Shown here piece by piece: positions 41,345 to 51,006 of a stretch of DNA of 53,765 bases; the stretch's first letter is position 1, and every line of letters begins with the position of its first letter. Source of the stretch: Chlamydiota bacterium (GTDB taxonomy: Bacteria; Auribacterota; Tritonobacteria; UBA1439); assembly GCA_037133055.1 (NCBI GenBank), contig JBAXOY010000005.1, positions 1-53,765 on the forward strand, written 5' to 3'. Below the pieces are notes generated by a model. That model saw only the letters and a list, made by a program, of their open reading frames with translations. It had not been told where the DNA came from and did not search any database. The position numbers and the translations under genes were made by a program.

Positions 41345-41437
41345 ACGATAATGGAAGAGGGGAGCGATGTCAAAGCATTTCACGCGACAAGCATTTCACG
41401 CGGAGGGCCGGAGGGCCGTCCTGGACAGGGCGGTCCT
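41345..41437 (-). promoter_or_regulatory. Putative promoter with an upstream 14-bp direct repeat and a hairpin
   Basis: TTGACA-17 nt-TATCGT (minus strand, 41373-41345); AAGCATTTCACGCG x2 at 41373-41402; 11-bp stem at 41412-41437. Confidence 0.55.
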
Positions 41438-41501
41438 GGGCGTGTGTACAACGGGCCGCGGCGGTGATACCATGTGACCCGAAGTCTCAGGGGTCCGCCC
41501 T

Positions 41502-42626
41502 ATGAAAATCGATTCTGTCGCACTCGATGGTCTCCCCGCGTCGCCCCATAGTGTCTTCGCGTGCGGCGCGGACATGAAGAGCAGGTTCTCGTTCTTCGCC
41601 GACGGGCGCCTTCATCAGTCGGAAGATCACGGCGACCTCTCGGACCCCCCGCGGCTCTCTTGCTTCCTCTCCGACGCGCGCGCGATGTGCGACGGCCTCG
41701 GCATCGCGCCCGGGATCGTCGCGCACGACATGCACCCGGCGTATTACTCCCGTCTCGCCGCGGACCTGTTCCCCGGCTCGCGCCGCGTCGCGGTCCAGCA
41801 TCACCACGCCCACGTCGCCGCCGCTCTCGCGGGGGGGAGCGGGAGGAATGAGGTGATCGGCATCGCATTCGACGGGACCGGGTACGGCACGGATGGGGCC
41901 CTCTGGGGCGGCGAGTTCCTCGCCGTGTCCCCCCGGGGGTGGAAGAGGTGCGGGCATCTCGGGTATCTCCGGATGCCCGGCGGGGACGCGGCGGCGCGCG
42001 AGCCGTGGAGGATGGGGCTTTCTCTGCTCCACTCGGTGATGGGAAACGCGGCGTTCGATGCGGCAGTCCCGTTTGACCTCCCCGCGGGTGCGGCGGGGCC
42101 GGCGCTCGCGGCGATGCTCGACAGGGGCGTTTTCTCTCCGCTCACCTCGAGCTGCGGAAGGTTGTTCGACGCCGTCGCCGCGATACTCGGGATCGCGCGA
42201 GAGACGCAAGCCGAGGCCGAGGCCGCGATGGAACTCGAGCGGCGGGCGGCCGCCTCGGACGACGGGGGCGAGTACCCGTTCGAGATCTCCGGGGGAGGGG
42301 ATGGGTTCGAGGCGGGGTATGGCGGCTTCGTCCGCGCGATGACGGCTGACATCGGCCGCGGCGTTCCGGCCGAGGTCGTGGCGCGAAGGTTCCATAACGG
42401 TCTCTCCGCCCTCATCGTCCGCGGCGCGGAGGAGATCAGGCGCGCGCGGGGGTGCGCCTTCGCGGCGCTCTGCGGCGGGGTGTTCGGGAACCGGCTGCTC
42501 AGGGAGACGGCGTCGCGGATGCTCCGGGAGGCGGGCTTCACACTCGTCGATACCCCCTTCGTGCCGGCGAACGATCTGGGGATATGCGCCGGGCAGACGT
42601 GGGTTGCGCTGCACGGGGATGAGTGA
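41502..42626 (+). CDS. hypF: Short HypF (C-terminal Kae1-like carbamoyltransferase domain only)
   Basis: HDMHP, VQHHHAH, FDGTGYG, WGGEFL, TSSCGRLFD motifs; only 374 aa. Confidence 0.88.
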   Translation: MKIDSVALDGLPASPHSVFACGADMKSRFSFFADGRLHQSEDHGDLSDPPRLSCFLSDARAMCDGLGIAPGIVAHDMHPAYYSRLAADLFPGSRRVAVQHHHAHVAAALAGGSGRNEVIGIAFDGTGYGTDGALWGGEFLAVSPRGWKRCGHLGYLRMPGGDAAAREPWRMGLSLLHSVMGNAAFDAAVPFDLPAGAAGPALAAMLDRGVFSPLTSSCGRLFDAVAAILGIARETQAEAEAAMELERRAAASDDGGEYPFEISGGGDGFEAGYGGFVRAMTADIGRGVPAEVVARRFHNGLSALIVRGAEEIRRARGCAFAALCGGVFGNRLLRETASRMLREAGFTLVDTPFVPANDLGICAGQTWVALHGDE

Positions 42627-42629
42627 AAA

Positions 42630-42851
42630 ATGTGCGTGGCGGTCCCGGGGAAAATCGTGGAGCTGCTCGACGGCGGCGTCGCCCTCGTGGATTTCATGGG
42701 GGTGAGGAAGCGCGTGGCGCTCGATCTCATCGAGGACGCGCGCCTCGGGGAGCATGTCATCGTCCACGCGGGGTTCGCCATACAGAAACTGAATGCGGAA
42801 GAGGCGCGTGAAACCATCGGATATTTCAGGGAGCTCGCCGGATCTCATTGA
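42630..42851 (+). CDS. hypC: Hydrogenase maturation chaperone HypC
   Basis: MCVAVP N-terminus; VIVHAGFAI. Confidence 0.95.
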   Translation: MCVAVPGKIVELLDGGVALVDFMGVRKRVALDLIEDARLGEHVIVHAGFAIQKLNAEEARETIGYFRELAGSH

Positions 42852-43950
42852 GGGATTCCGGAGCAGGGGCGCGGCCCGGGCGCTTCTGGAGAAGGTCCGC
42901 GCGTACCCCGGGCAGGCCTCGATCATGGAGGTGTGCGGGACGCACACGGTGGCCCTCTTCAAGACCGGGATCCGTGATGCGGTTCCGTCCTCGCTCCGCC
43001 TGATTTCCGGGCCGGGCTGTCCCGTGTGCGTCACGCCTTCCCGCGAGGTCGAGAAGGCGATACGGCTCGCCTGCCTGCCCGGGACCGTCCTCTTCTGCTT
43101 CGGCGACATGGTGCGGGTCCCCGGCGCGCGCGGGTCGATCGAGACCGCGCGCGCCGGGCGCGGCGCCCGAGTGCGCGTGATGTACAGCCCCCTCGACGCG
43201 CTCGAGTTCGCCGCGCGGGAGCGGGAAACGCGGGTCGCCCTCTTCGGCGTGGGGTTCGAGACGACGATACCGCTCTTCGCCTCCGTGCTGCGGAGGGCGA
43301 GGGGAGAAGGACTGCGGAACGTGTATCTCCTTTCCGCGTTCAAGCTGCTCCCCCCGGCCATCGAGGCGCTTCTCGCGCGCCCCGGCTTCCGCATCGACGG
43401 GCTGATCCTCCCGGGGAACGTGAGCGCGGTGATCGGGGCGGACGCGTACCGGTTCGTCGCGGAGCGGCACCATGTCCCCGGCGTCATCGCGGGCTTCGAG
43501 GCGGCCGATATCTTGCAGGCGATCCTCATGCTCCTCGATATGATCGACAAGGGGAAGGCGGGAATCCTGAACGAATATTCGCGCTTCTCGACCGATCGCG
43601 GCAACGAGAAAGCGCTCGCGGCGGTCCGGGAGGTCTTCGCTCCGCGCGACTCGGAATGGCGCGGGCTCGGGGTGATTCCGGCGAGCGGGCTGGGCTTCAG
43701 GGAGGAGTTCTCTCGGTTCGACGCGGAATCACTGCTCGCGGAGGAGATCCCTCCCGTTCCGGAGCCCGAGGGGTGTCTCTGCGGGGACGTGATCGCGGGG
43801 GCGCGCGAGCCCGAGGAGTGCGTCCTCTTCGGAAGGCGGTGCACCCCCTCGGCCCCGATCGGCGCCTGCATGGTCTCCGGCGAGGGCACCTGCGCGGCGC
43901 ACTACCGCTATGGGCGATCCAGCCGACCTGACTCTTCCTCCCCCCTTTGA
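42808..43950 (+). CDS. hypD: Hydrogenase maturation protein HypD
   Basis: MEVCGTH, GPGCPVC, GFETT, C-terminal Fe-S cysteines, CMVSGEGTC; start uncertain (42793 or 42808). Confidence 0.93.
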   Translation: MKPSDISGSSPDLIEGFRSRGAARALLEKVRAYPGQASIMEVCGTHTVALFKTGIRDAVPSSLRLISGPGCPVCVTPSREVEKAIRLACLPGTVLFCFGDMVRVPGARGSIETARAGRGARVRVMYSPLDALEFAARERETRVALFGVGFETTIPLFASVLRRARGEGLRNVYLLSAFKLLPPAIEALLARPGFRIDGLILPGNVSAVIGADAYRFVAERHHVPGVIAGFEAADILQAILMLLDMIDKGKAGILNEYSRFSTDRGNEKALAAVREVFAPRDSEWRGLGVIPASGLGFREEFSRFDAESLLAEEIPPVPEPEGCLCGDVIAGAREPEECVLFGRRCTPSAPIGACMVSGEGTCAAHYRYGRSSRPDSSSPL

Positions 43951-44010
43951 AGGGGCGGCCGCCCATAGTTCCCCCTTCCCCCTTGAGGGGGAGGGATGGG
44001 GTGGGGGGGG
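43935..44010. repeat. REP-like double palindrome followed by G-tracts
   Basis: CCCCT-TTGA-AGGGG and CCCTTCCCCCT-TG-AGGGGGAGGG, then ATGGGGTGGGGGGGG. Confidence 0.6.
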
Positions 44011-44019
44011 AAACAACGG

Positions 44020-44047
44020 CCCAAAGCTGAAAGTCCAAAGTCAAAGG
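44020..44047. repeat. Degenerate heptamer array upstream of hypE
   Basis: cccaaag ctgaaag tccaaag tcaaagg. Confidence 0.6.
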
Positions 44048-44056
44048 CAATGAGAT

Positions 44057-45079
44057 ATGGATACTGAACGGATCACGCTCGGCATGGGGGGAGGCGGCAC
44101 GCTCTCCGCGGAACTGATCGAGGAGATCTTCCTCGGCGGGTACGGCAACGAGGCGCTGAACCGCCTCGACGACGCCGCGGAGGTCTCGCTCGACGGAGCC
44201 CGCTTTGCTTTTACCACCGACTCCTACACCGTGAAGCCGGTCTTCTTCCCCGGCGGCGACATCGGCAGGCTCGCGGTGTGCGGGACCTCCAACGACCTCT
44301 CCGTGAAGGGGGCGCGCCCGCGCGCGATCTCCGCCGCGTTCATCATCGAGGAGGGATTTCTCCTCGGCGATCTGAAAAGGATCGTGCGCTCCATGCGCGA
44401 CACCGCCGCGGGGGCCGGGGTCGAGATCGTCACCGGGGACACGAAAGTGGTGAGGAGGGGGGAGGCGGATGGCATCTTCATCACCACTTCTGGGATCGGC
44501 GCAATCATCCCGGGGATGAAAATCTCCTGCGCGGCCGCGCGCCCCGGGGACTCGATCATCGTTTCCGGCACGGCGGGAGACCACGGCGCGGCGATCATGA
44601 ACGCGAGGGAGCAGCTCGGCTTCACGCCGGAGATCGTGAGCGATGTCGCCCCGGTCCGGGGGATCGTCGAGGCGCTCGTCCCCTGCGCCCCCGCCCTCCA
44701 CGCCATGCGCGACCCGACCCGCGGGGGCCTCGCGAGCGCACTCAACGAGATCGCGCGCGCGTCCGGGGTATCGGTGCGGGTCTTCGAGGATCGCGTGCCG
44801 GTCGCTCCCGGTGTGCGCGCCTGCTGCGAGCTTCTGGGACTGGACCCCCTCTATATGGCGTGCGAGGGGAGGGTGGTCATCTTCGCGGCGCCGGACTCAG
44901 CGGAGGAGATCCTCCGGCTCGTCAGGGGCGCTCCCGGGGGAAAAGATGCCGCCGCCATCGGCGAGGTTGCCGGCCCCGGGGGGGAACCGAATGTGCCGCC
45001 GGTGATCGTCGAGACGGGAATCGGCACGAGTCGCTTCCTGCCGCTCCTCGATGGGGATCCGGTCCCGCGGATCTGTTGA
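44057..45079 (+). CDS. hypE: Hydrogenase maturation protein HypE
   Basis: TTDSY, GDTKVV, MRDPTRGG motifs and C-terminal PRIC. Confidence 0.96.
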   Translation: MDTERITLGMGGGGTLSAELIEEIFLGGYGNEALNRLDDAAEVSLDGARFAFTTDSYTVKPVFFPGGDIGRLAVCGTSNDLSVKGARPRAISAAFIIEEGFLLGDLKRIVRSMRDTAAGAGVEIVTGDTKVVRRGEADGIFITTSGIGAIIPGMKISCAAARPGDSIIVSGTAGDHGAAIMNAREQLGFTPEIVSDVAPVRGIVEALVPCAPALHAMRDPTRGGLASALNEIARASGVSVRVFEDRVPVAPGVRACCELLGLDPLYMACEGRVVIFAAPDSAEEILRLVRGAPGGKDAAAIGEVAGPGGEPNVPPVIVETGIGTSRFLPLLDGDPVPRIC

Positions 45080-45094
45080 GCGGGGAGGAATGGA

Positions 45095-45439
45095 ATGCAC
45101 GAGCTTTCTATCGTCCAGGGAATACTCGGGATCATCGAGAAAGAGCGGAAGGCCCGCGGGTTTACAAGGGTGAAATCCGTCGAGGTGCAGTGCGGACACT
45201 ACAGCTGCGTTTCGGAGGAGTCCCTTGCGTTCTGTCTCGAGGCCGTTGCGACCGACCCTCACATGAAGGGCGCCGCGCTCAGGCTCGTGCGGATGCCCGC
45301 GATGTTCGTATGCCGGGGGTGCGGCGTGGAATTCCCGGGGACGGGCCCGGAGACTCGGGTTTGCCCGTCCTGCGGTGCGGCCGATCCGGAGCCGCAGATG
45401 AGATCCGAGCTTTTCGTGCGGTCGCTGGAGGTGGACTGA
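45095..45439 (+). CDS. hypA: Nickel metallochaperone HypA
   Basis: MHELS N-terminus; CRGC...CPSC. Confidence 0.95.
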   Translation: MHELSIVQGILGIIEKERKARGFTRVKSVEVQCGHYSCVSEESLAFCLEAVATDPHMKGAALRLVRMPAMFVCRGCGVEFPGTGPETRVCPSCGAADPEPQMRSELFVRSLEVD

Positions 45440-46092
45440 TGAAGATCACGCTTATGGACCGCGTACTCGAGGCGAACGAGGCGTGGGCCGAGGAGAATAG
45501 AATAGCGCTCGCCGCGCGCGGGGTGGTGATGTTCAACCTGATCGGCTCGCCGGGGGCGGGAAAGACGACGCTCCTCGAGAAGACGATCCGGCTCCTCTCC
45601 GGCGGGGCGGGGGTCGCGGTGATCGAGGGGGATGTCGCGACGAGCAGGGACGCGGAGCGGATAGGGAAGGCGGGCGCCCCCGTCGTCCAGATCAATACGG
45701 GGGACGGGTGCCACCTCGGCGCGAACGCAGTGCACGCCGCCCTCAAGGAGCTCTGTGCCGCCCGCGCCCCGAAGATCGTCTTCGTCGAGAACGTCGGCAA
45801 TCTCATCTGCCCCGCCGAGTTCGACCTCGGCGAGTGGGGCAAGATCGCGGTCCTGAGCGTCACGGAGGGGGACGACAAGGTCGAGAAGTACCCGCTCCTC
45901 TTCTCCCTCGCGCGGGCGCTCGTGGTCACGAAGATCGGACTCCTGCCGCACACGAATTTTCGGATGGGTGAGGCGGAGAAGGAGTTCCGGAGGGTCAACC
46001 GGGATGCGCCGATCTTTGCGCTGGACAGCCTCAGCGGGGACGGGTTCGGCTTGTGGATCGAGTTCGTCCGCCGGGCTGCCCGGAAACGGTAA
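45439..46092 (+). CDS. hypB: Nickel-insertion GTPase HypB
   Basis: GSPGAGKT, IEGD, GCHL, ENVGNLICP, EGDDK..KYP motifs. Confidence 0.94.
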   Translation: MKITLMDRVLEANEAWAEENRIALAARGVVMFNLIGSPGAGKTTLLEKTIRLLSGGAGVAVIEGDVATSRDAERIGKAGAPVVQINTGDGCHLGANAVHAALKELCAARAPKIVFVENVGNLICPAEFDLGEWGKIAVLSVTEGDDKVEKYPLLFSLARALVVTKIGLLPHTNFRMGEAEKEFRRVNRDAPIFALDSLSGDGFGLWIEFVRRAARKR

Positions 46093-46163
46093 GAAATCAC
46101 CCTTCCACCCGGCTACATGTGTTACACTGTTGTATACATCAAGGAAACAGAGGAGACCATCCC

Positions 46164-46370
46164 ATGACCACGATTCCTTTCGCCCTGTGGACGCCGGGCC
46201 TCCCCGAACTGCTTGTCATCCTCTTCATCATCCTGCTCCTGTTCGGCGCCAAGCGCCTCCCGGAGACGATGCGAAGCATCGGCAAGGGGGTCAAGGAGTT
46301 CAAGAAGGGAATGAAGGAGGCGGAGGAGGACGAGGACGGCAAAGATGAGAAGCGACCTCCCGCCCCCTGA
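46164..46370 (+). CDS. tatA: Twin-arginine translocase TatA/E
   Basis: ELLVILFIILLLFGAKRLP...GVKEFKKG; GAGGAG RBS. Confidence 0.94.
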   Translation: MTTIPFALWTPGLPELLVILFIILLLFGAKRLPETMRSIGKGVKEFKKGMKEAEEDEDGKDEKRPPAP

Positions 46371-47139
46371 CGCGGCCGCTTCCCCGGTGGCCGAGGAGAA
46401 GCCCTTTCTCGATCACATCGAGGACCTGCGGCGGACGATGCTGAGGGCGGTGCTCGCCTACGGGTGCGTAGTCCTCCTGTGCATACCCCTCACCCTGAAG
46501 GGTTACACGGTGGGGCTCCTGAAGCGCCCCCTGATGCGGGCGACCGCAGGGGGCGCGCCCGCGACGCTCCCGACGCTCACGCCCGGGGGCGGGTTTGCCG
46601 TGGCGATGAAGGTGTCTCTCGAGAGCGCGATAGTCCTTTCGCTGCCCCTGCTCCTTTATTTCATCGGGGGGTTCGTGTTTCCCGCCCTCACGAAGCGCGA
46701 GCGCGGCTATTTCGTCCCGGCCCTCGCCTGCGGCGCCGCGCTCTTCTACGCGGGCATGGTGTTCTGCTACTTCACCACGCTTCCCTGGGCGCTCCAGTTC
46801 TTCTGGAACTTCAACCGCCTCATGGGGATAGATAACCTCTGGACGATCAACGAGTACATCTCCTTCGTCAGCCGCACCCTGATCGCCTTCGGCCTCGTCT
46901 TCGAATTTCCCATGGTCGTCCTCTTCCTGGTGAAGGTCGGGATTCTGAGCCGACGGGTATTGAGTCAAAACCGGAGTTATGCTATAGTGCTTATCTTCGT
47001 GCTGGCGGCCGTCCTGACCCCGGGGCCCGACGCGGTGACGCAGTGTCTCATGGCGGCGCCCCTTGTGCTGCTCTACGAGGCGTGCGTTGTGGGCGCGCGG
47101 TTGATGGAGCGCCGGGCAGGGCGGAGGCGCGCGGGGTAA
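46345..47139 (+). CDS. tatC: Twin-arginine translocase TatC
   Basis: PFLDHIEDLR, FVFPAL...ER, FGLVFEFP, TPGPD, LYE motifs. Confidence 0.94.
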   Translation: MRSDLPPPDAAASPVAEEKPFLDHIEDLRRTMLRAVLAYGCVVLLCIPLTLKGYTVGLLKRPLMRATAGGAPATLPTLTPGGGFAVAMKVSLESAIVLSLPLLLYFIGGFVFPALTKRERGYFVPALACGAALFYAGMVFCYFTTLPWALQFFWNFNRLMGIDNLWTINEYISFVSRTLIAFGLVFEFPMVVLFLVKVGILSRRVLSQNRSYAIVLIFVLAAVLTPGPDAVTQCLMAAPLVLLYEACVVGARLMERRAGRRRAG

Positions 47140-47176
47140 GCGGCGGTTACCGGCCGCGGATGCGTTCAGCGTGTGC

Positions 47177-47252
47177 GGGGCAGTAGCTCAGTTGGGAGAG
47201 CACCACGTTCGCAACGTGGGGGTCGAGGGTTCGAATCCCTTCTGCTCCACCA
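47177..47252 (+). tRNA. tRNA-Ala (anticodon CGC)
   Basis: GGGGCAG/CTGCTCC acceptor stem with G3:U70; anticodon arm CCACG-TTCGCAA-CGTGG; GGTTCGAATCC T-loop; ACCA end; 76 nt. Confidence 0.96.
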
Positions 47253-47316
47253 TTATTGTGCGCGGGCGCCGCGCCCCTTTCGCGTGGGGACCGGGCGCCT
47301 ATCCCCGGAGTGACGT

Positions 47317-48186
47317 ATGCTGCGTGTGCTGATTGAGGCGATGCGGCCCCGGCAGTGGATCAAGAACCTCATCATCTTCGCCGGGCTCCTCTTCTCGAGA
47401 AGGTTCCTGGACCCGCGGGATCTCCTGACGGTCTGCGCGGCGTTCATCATCTTCTGCGCCCTCTCCGGCGTCGTCTATCTCATCAACGACATCGCGGACG
47501 TCGAGGAGGACCGGCGCCACTCCCTGAAGCGCCTGCGCCCGATCGCCTCGGGGAGGCTCTCCCCCCGCGCCGCCGCGGTCGCGGCGGCGGCCGTCGCGGC
47601 GCTCTCGCTCACGGCGGCCTGGCGCATCGGACCGGCGTTCGGGGCGACGTCGCTCGCGTACCTCGTGCTGCTGCTCGCCTACTCGTTCCTCCTGAAGCAC
47701 GTGGTGATCGTCGACGTCCTGGCGATCGCGGTGGGGTTCGTGCTGAGGGCCGTGGCGGGCGGCGAGGCCATCGGGGTGGAAATCTCTCCGTGGCTGCTCA
47801 TCTGCACCATACTCCTGGCCCTCTTCCTCGCCCTGAGCAAGCGGCGTCACGAGCTCGTGCTCCTCGAGGGGGACGCGCCCCTGCACCGGCCGATCCTCGA
47901 GGAGTACTCGACCTATCTCCTCGACCAGATGATCGCCGTGGTGACCTCCTCCACCCTGATGGCCTATGTCCTCTACAGTCTTGCGCCGCGGACGCAGCGC
48001 GAGGTGAGCGGCACCCTTTACCTGACGATCCCGTTCGTCCTCTACGGCATTTTCCGCTATCTCTGGCTGGTGCACCGCAAGGACGAGGGGGGGAGCCCCG
48101 AGATGACCCTGCTCTCGGACAGGCCCCTGCTCATCGATATCCTGCTGTGGGCGGCGACGGTGGGCGTGCTCCTGTGGATGAAATGA
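47317..48186 (+). CDS. UbiA-family polyprenyl-phosphate phosphoribosyltransferase (DPPR synthase-like)
   Basis: RPRQWIKN, YLINDIAD...DRRH...RPIASG, KRRHEL, YGIFRY motifs. Confidence 0.92.
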   Translation: MLRVLIEAMRPRQWIKNLIIFAGLLFSRRFLDPRDLLTVCAAFIIFCALSGVVYLINDIADVEEDRRHSLKRLRPIASGRLSPRAAAVAAAAVAALSLTAAWRIGPAFGATSLAYLVLLLAYSFLLKHVVIVDVLAIAVGFVLRAVAGGEAIGVEISPWLLICTILLALFLALSKRRHELVLLEGDAPLHRPILEEYSTYLLDQMIAVVTSSTLMAYVLYSLAPRTQREVSGTLYLTIPFVLYGIFRYLWLVHRKDEGGSPEMTLLSDRPLLIDILLWAATVGVLLWMK

Positions 48187-48203
48187 CCCGCGGCGTCTTG
48201 CGG

Positions 48204-48276
48204 CTTGAACCGTTTGAACCGTTTGAACCGCTTGAACGATCGTGGGAGTAGGGGGGCCGTCAGGGCCCCCCGCACG
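48204..48276. repeat. 9-mer array (YTTGAACCG)x4 followed by a GC hairpin
   Basis: cttgaaccg tttgaaccg tttgaaccg cttgaacga; GGGGGGCC-gtcag-GGCCCCCC at 48251-48271. Confidence 0.8.
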
Positions 48277-48314
48277 GGAGGAGACACACGACGAGAAAGG
48301 AAAGACGGGATGAC

Positions 48315-49301
48315 ATGAAAAGGACCTGTGTGGTGACGGGGGGCGCCGGGTTTCTCGGATCCCACCTGTGCGACCGCCTGCTCAAGGAGGGCTTCGCGGT
48401 CATCTGCATCGACAACCTTTTGACGGGGAGCGTGAGGAACATCGAGCACCTCGCCGGGAACGGGGACTTCACCTTCATCAAGCAGAACGTCACGGACTAC
48501 CTCTACATCGCCGGCGACGTCTACTTCATCTTCCACTTCGCCTCTCCCGCAAGCCCGATAGACTACCTCGAATTCCCCATCCCGACGCTCAAGGTCGGGG
48601 CCCTGGGCACGCACAAAACCCTCGGCCTGGCGAAATCCAAGGGGGCGAAGTTTCTCCTCGCCTCGACCTCCGAGGTGTACGGCGACCCCCTTGTCCACCC
48701 CCAGCCGGAGAGCTACTGGGGCAACGTAAACCCGATAGGCCCCCGCGGCGTGTACGACGAGGCGAAGCGGTTCGCCGAGGCGATGACCATGGCCTACCGC
48801 CGGTACCACCATCTCGACACGAAGATCATCAGGATCTTCAACACCTACGGGCCCCGCATGCGCGTGAAGGACGGGCGCGTGGTGCCGGCCTTCATCTGGC
48901 AGGCCCTCCGGGGCGATCCGCTCACCGTCTTCGGCGACGGGAGCCAGACGCGGAGCTTCTGTTACGTCTCGGACCTGATCGAGGGGATCTTCAGGCTCGC
49001 GATGTCCGACATCAACGACCCGGTCAACATCGGCAACCCGCGGGAGATGACGGTAAACGAGTTCGCGCGGGAGATCCTGCGCCTCACCGGGAGCGCGAGC
49101 AGGGTCGTGTACCGCGAGCTCCCCGTGGACGACCCGAAGGTGCGGCAGCCCGACATCACGAAGGCCAAGGCGCGGCTCGGGTGGGAGCCGCGGGTGGGGC
49201 TCGACGAGGGGCTCACCGCGACGATCGACTATTTCCGGAAGGTCTTCGCCGAGGAGGACGGCCGGGTTGCGGGGACCGGCGCGGGGGGCGCGGCGCGATG
49301 A
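48315..49301 (+). CDS. UDP-glucuronate decarboxylase (UDP-xylose synthase)
   Basis: [49 protein letters not shown] motifs. Confidence 0.93.
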   Translation: MKRTCVVTGGAGFLGSHLCDRLLKEGFAVICIDNLLTGSVRNIEHLAGNGDFTFIKQNVTDYLYIAGDVYFIFHFASPASPIDYLEFPIPTLKVGALGTHKTLGLAKSKGAKFLLASTSEVYGDPLVHPQPESYWGNVNPIGPRGVYDEAKRFAEAMTMAYRRYHHLDTKIIRIFNTYGPRMRVKDGRVVPAFIWQALRGDPLTVFGDGSQTRSFCYVSDLIEGIFRLAMSDINDPVNIGNPREMTVNEFAREILRLTGSASRVVYRELPVDDPKVRQPDITKAKARLGWEPRVGLDEGLTATIDYFRKVFAEEDGRVAGTGAGGAAR

Positions 49302-51004
49302 ACGGGGTGAAACAGCCGTCGCTGACGGTGTTCTTCCCCTGCTACAACGAGGAGGAGAACGTCGAGAAGCAGACGCTCGATGTGGACCGGGTCATCGGCG
49401 AAATCGTCGAAGACTACGAGGTGGTCATCGTGGACGACGGGTCCACCGACCGCACGGGCGAGATCGCCGAGCGGCTTGCGCGGGAGCATCCGCACGTGCG
49501 GGTCATCCGCCACCCGCACAACCTCGGCTACGGGACCGCGCTGCGGACCGGCTTCACCGGCGCGAAAAAAGACCTCATCCTTTACACGGACGGCGACTGC
49601 CAGTTCGACATCCGCGACGTCCGGAAGCTCCTTCCCCTGATGCGCGAGGGGGTGGACATGGTGGTCGGCTACCGGGAGAACCGCCGGGACAAGCCGCTCC
49701 GGAAGTTCGTGTCAAGGGTCTACAATTTCATCATACGCATGGTGTTCGGGCTGAAGGTCCGCGACATCGACTGCGCCTTCAAGCTCTTCAGGAAGCCGGT
49801 CTTCGACCGGGTGGAGATCAGGTCGGAGCGGTTCCTCGTGGACACCGAGATCCTGGTGAAGGCGAAGCGGGCGGGGCTCACGATCGTCGAGACCCCGGTG
49901 ACTCATCTGCCCCGCACGCACGGAAAATCCAGCGTTTCGCCGGGCGATGTCTTCCACACCCTCCGCGAGCTCTCCCACCTCTGGCTCCACATCTTCATGG
50001 TGAACTGGAAGAAACTCATCCTGAGCTCCCTCGTGAGCCTCGGGTTCATCGCCTTCTTCGTGAGGAACATCGACTATCGCAGCTTCACCGCCGAGATCGG
50101 GAGGGCCGACCGCGGCCTGATCCTCCTCGGCCTTGCCGCATACGGCCTGAGTTTCTGGTTCCGGAGCATCCGCTGGCGCCTCATCCTCCTCCCCGAGGGC
50201 CGGTTCAGGATCGGCGAGCTCTTCTCGGGGATCGTGATCGGCTTCATGGCCAACAACGTCCTCCCCGTGAGGATGGGCGAGGTGGTGCGGGCGTATGACT
50301 TCGGCCGCACGCACCGCATGTCGAAGAGCCTCTGCTTCGCCACGGTGGTCGTGGACCGGATGATGGACGGCCTGACCCTCATCGCCTGCCTCGCCGCGAT
50401 CCTGATGTTCGCGAGCTTCAAACCGGTCGTGAACCGGCTTTTCGTCCTCGGGCTCCTCACCTTCTTCTCCCTCTTCATCGTGCTCTTCTACCTCGTCGCG
50501 GGCAAGATCAGCGGGAGGGAGACGGGCATCTACCGCGCGATCGACAACCTCGGCCAGCGGTACCTCAAGGCGGAGGGGCAGTTCGTCATATCCAATTTCA
50601 TCAAGGGGCTTGAGGTGCTCCTCCAGGAGAGGATCATGCTCGCGGCCTTCGGCGTCTCGCTGCTCGTGTGGCTTTCCGAGGCGGGGATGTACGCCTGCTT
50701 CATCCGCGCCTTCCATCTCTCTCTCCCGCGATGGGCGCCGCTCTTCATCCTCTGCATCGTGAACCTCGGCCTCATCGTCCCCTCGATCGGCTACGTGGGC
50801 ACCTTCGAGTGGTTCTGCAGGCTGGCCCTCCTCCAGTTCGCGGGCGCCGCCATCGATCCCGCCCGGGCCGCCGGCTACTCGATCGCCCTGCACGCCACGC
50901 AGTACATCCCCGTGACGCTCCTCGGGATCTGGTTTTTCATCCGCCACAACTTCGACGTCGTCAAGAGCCGGGACGAGCTCCGGATCGCCGGGCTGGGGGG
51001 CTGA
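49298..51004 (+). CDS. GT2 (DPM1-like polyprenyl-phosphate glycosyltransferase) fused to an LPG-synthase TM/flippase domain
   Basis: [26 protein letters not shown], then [13 protein letters not shown] and a multi-TM domain. Confidence 0.9.
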   Translation: MNGVKQPSLTVFFPCYNEEENVEKQTLDVDRVIGEIVEDYEVVIVDDGSTDRTGEIAERLAREHPHVRVIRHPHNLGYGTALRTGFTGAKKDLILYTDGDCQFDIRDVRKLLPLMREGVDMVVGYRENRRDKPLRKFVSRVYNFIIRMVFGLKVRDIDCAFKLFRKPVFDRVEIRSERFLVDTEILVKAKRAGLTIVETPVTHLPRTHGKSSVSPGDVFHTLRELSHLWLHIFMVNWKKLILSSLVSLGFIAFFVRNIDYRSFTAEIGRADRGLILLGLAAYGLSFWFRSIRWRLILLPEGRFRIGELFSGIVIGFMANNVLPVRMGEVVRAYDFGRTHRMSKSLCFATVVVDRMMDGLTLIACLAAILMFASFKPVVNRLFVLGLLTFFSLFIVLFYLVAGKISGRETGIYRAIDNLGQRYLKAEGQFVISNFIKGLEVLLQERIMLAAFGVSLLVWLSEAGMYACFIRAFHLSLPRWAPLFILCIVNLGLIVPSIGYVGTFEWFCRLALLQFAGAAIDPARAAGYSIALHATQYIPVTLLGIWFFIRHNFDVVKSRDELRIAGLGG

Positions 51005-51006
51005 TC

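Noticed and set aside
47177..47252. tRNA-Ala as an island integration site
   Set aside because: No integrase, no duplicated tRNA 3' end seen and no obvious compositional shift
48204..48239. GTTTGAAC-containing repeats as a CRISPR remnant
   Set aside because: Contiguous 9-mers without spacers; no cas genes
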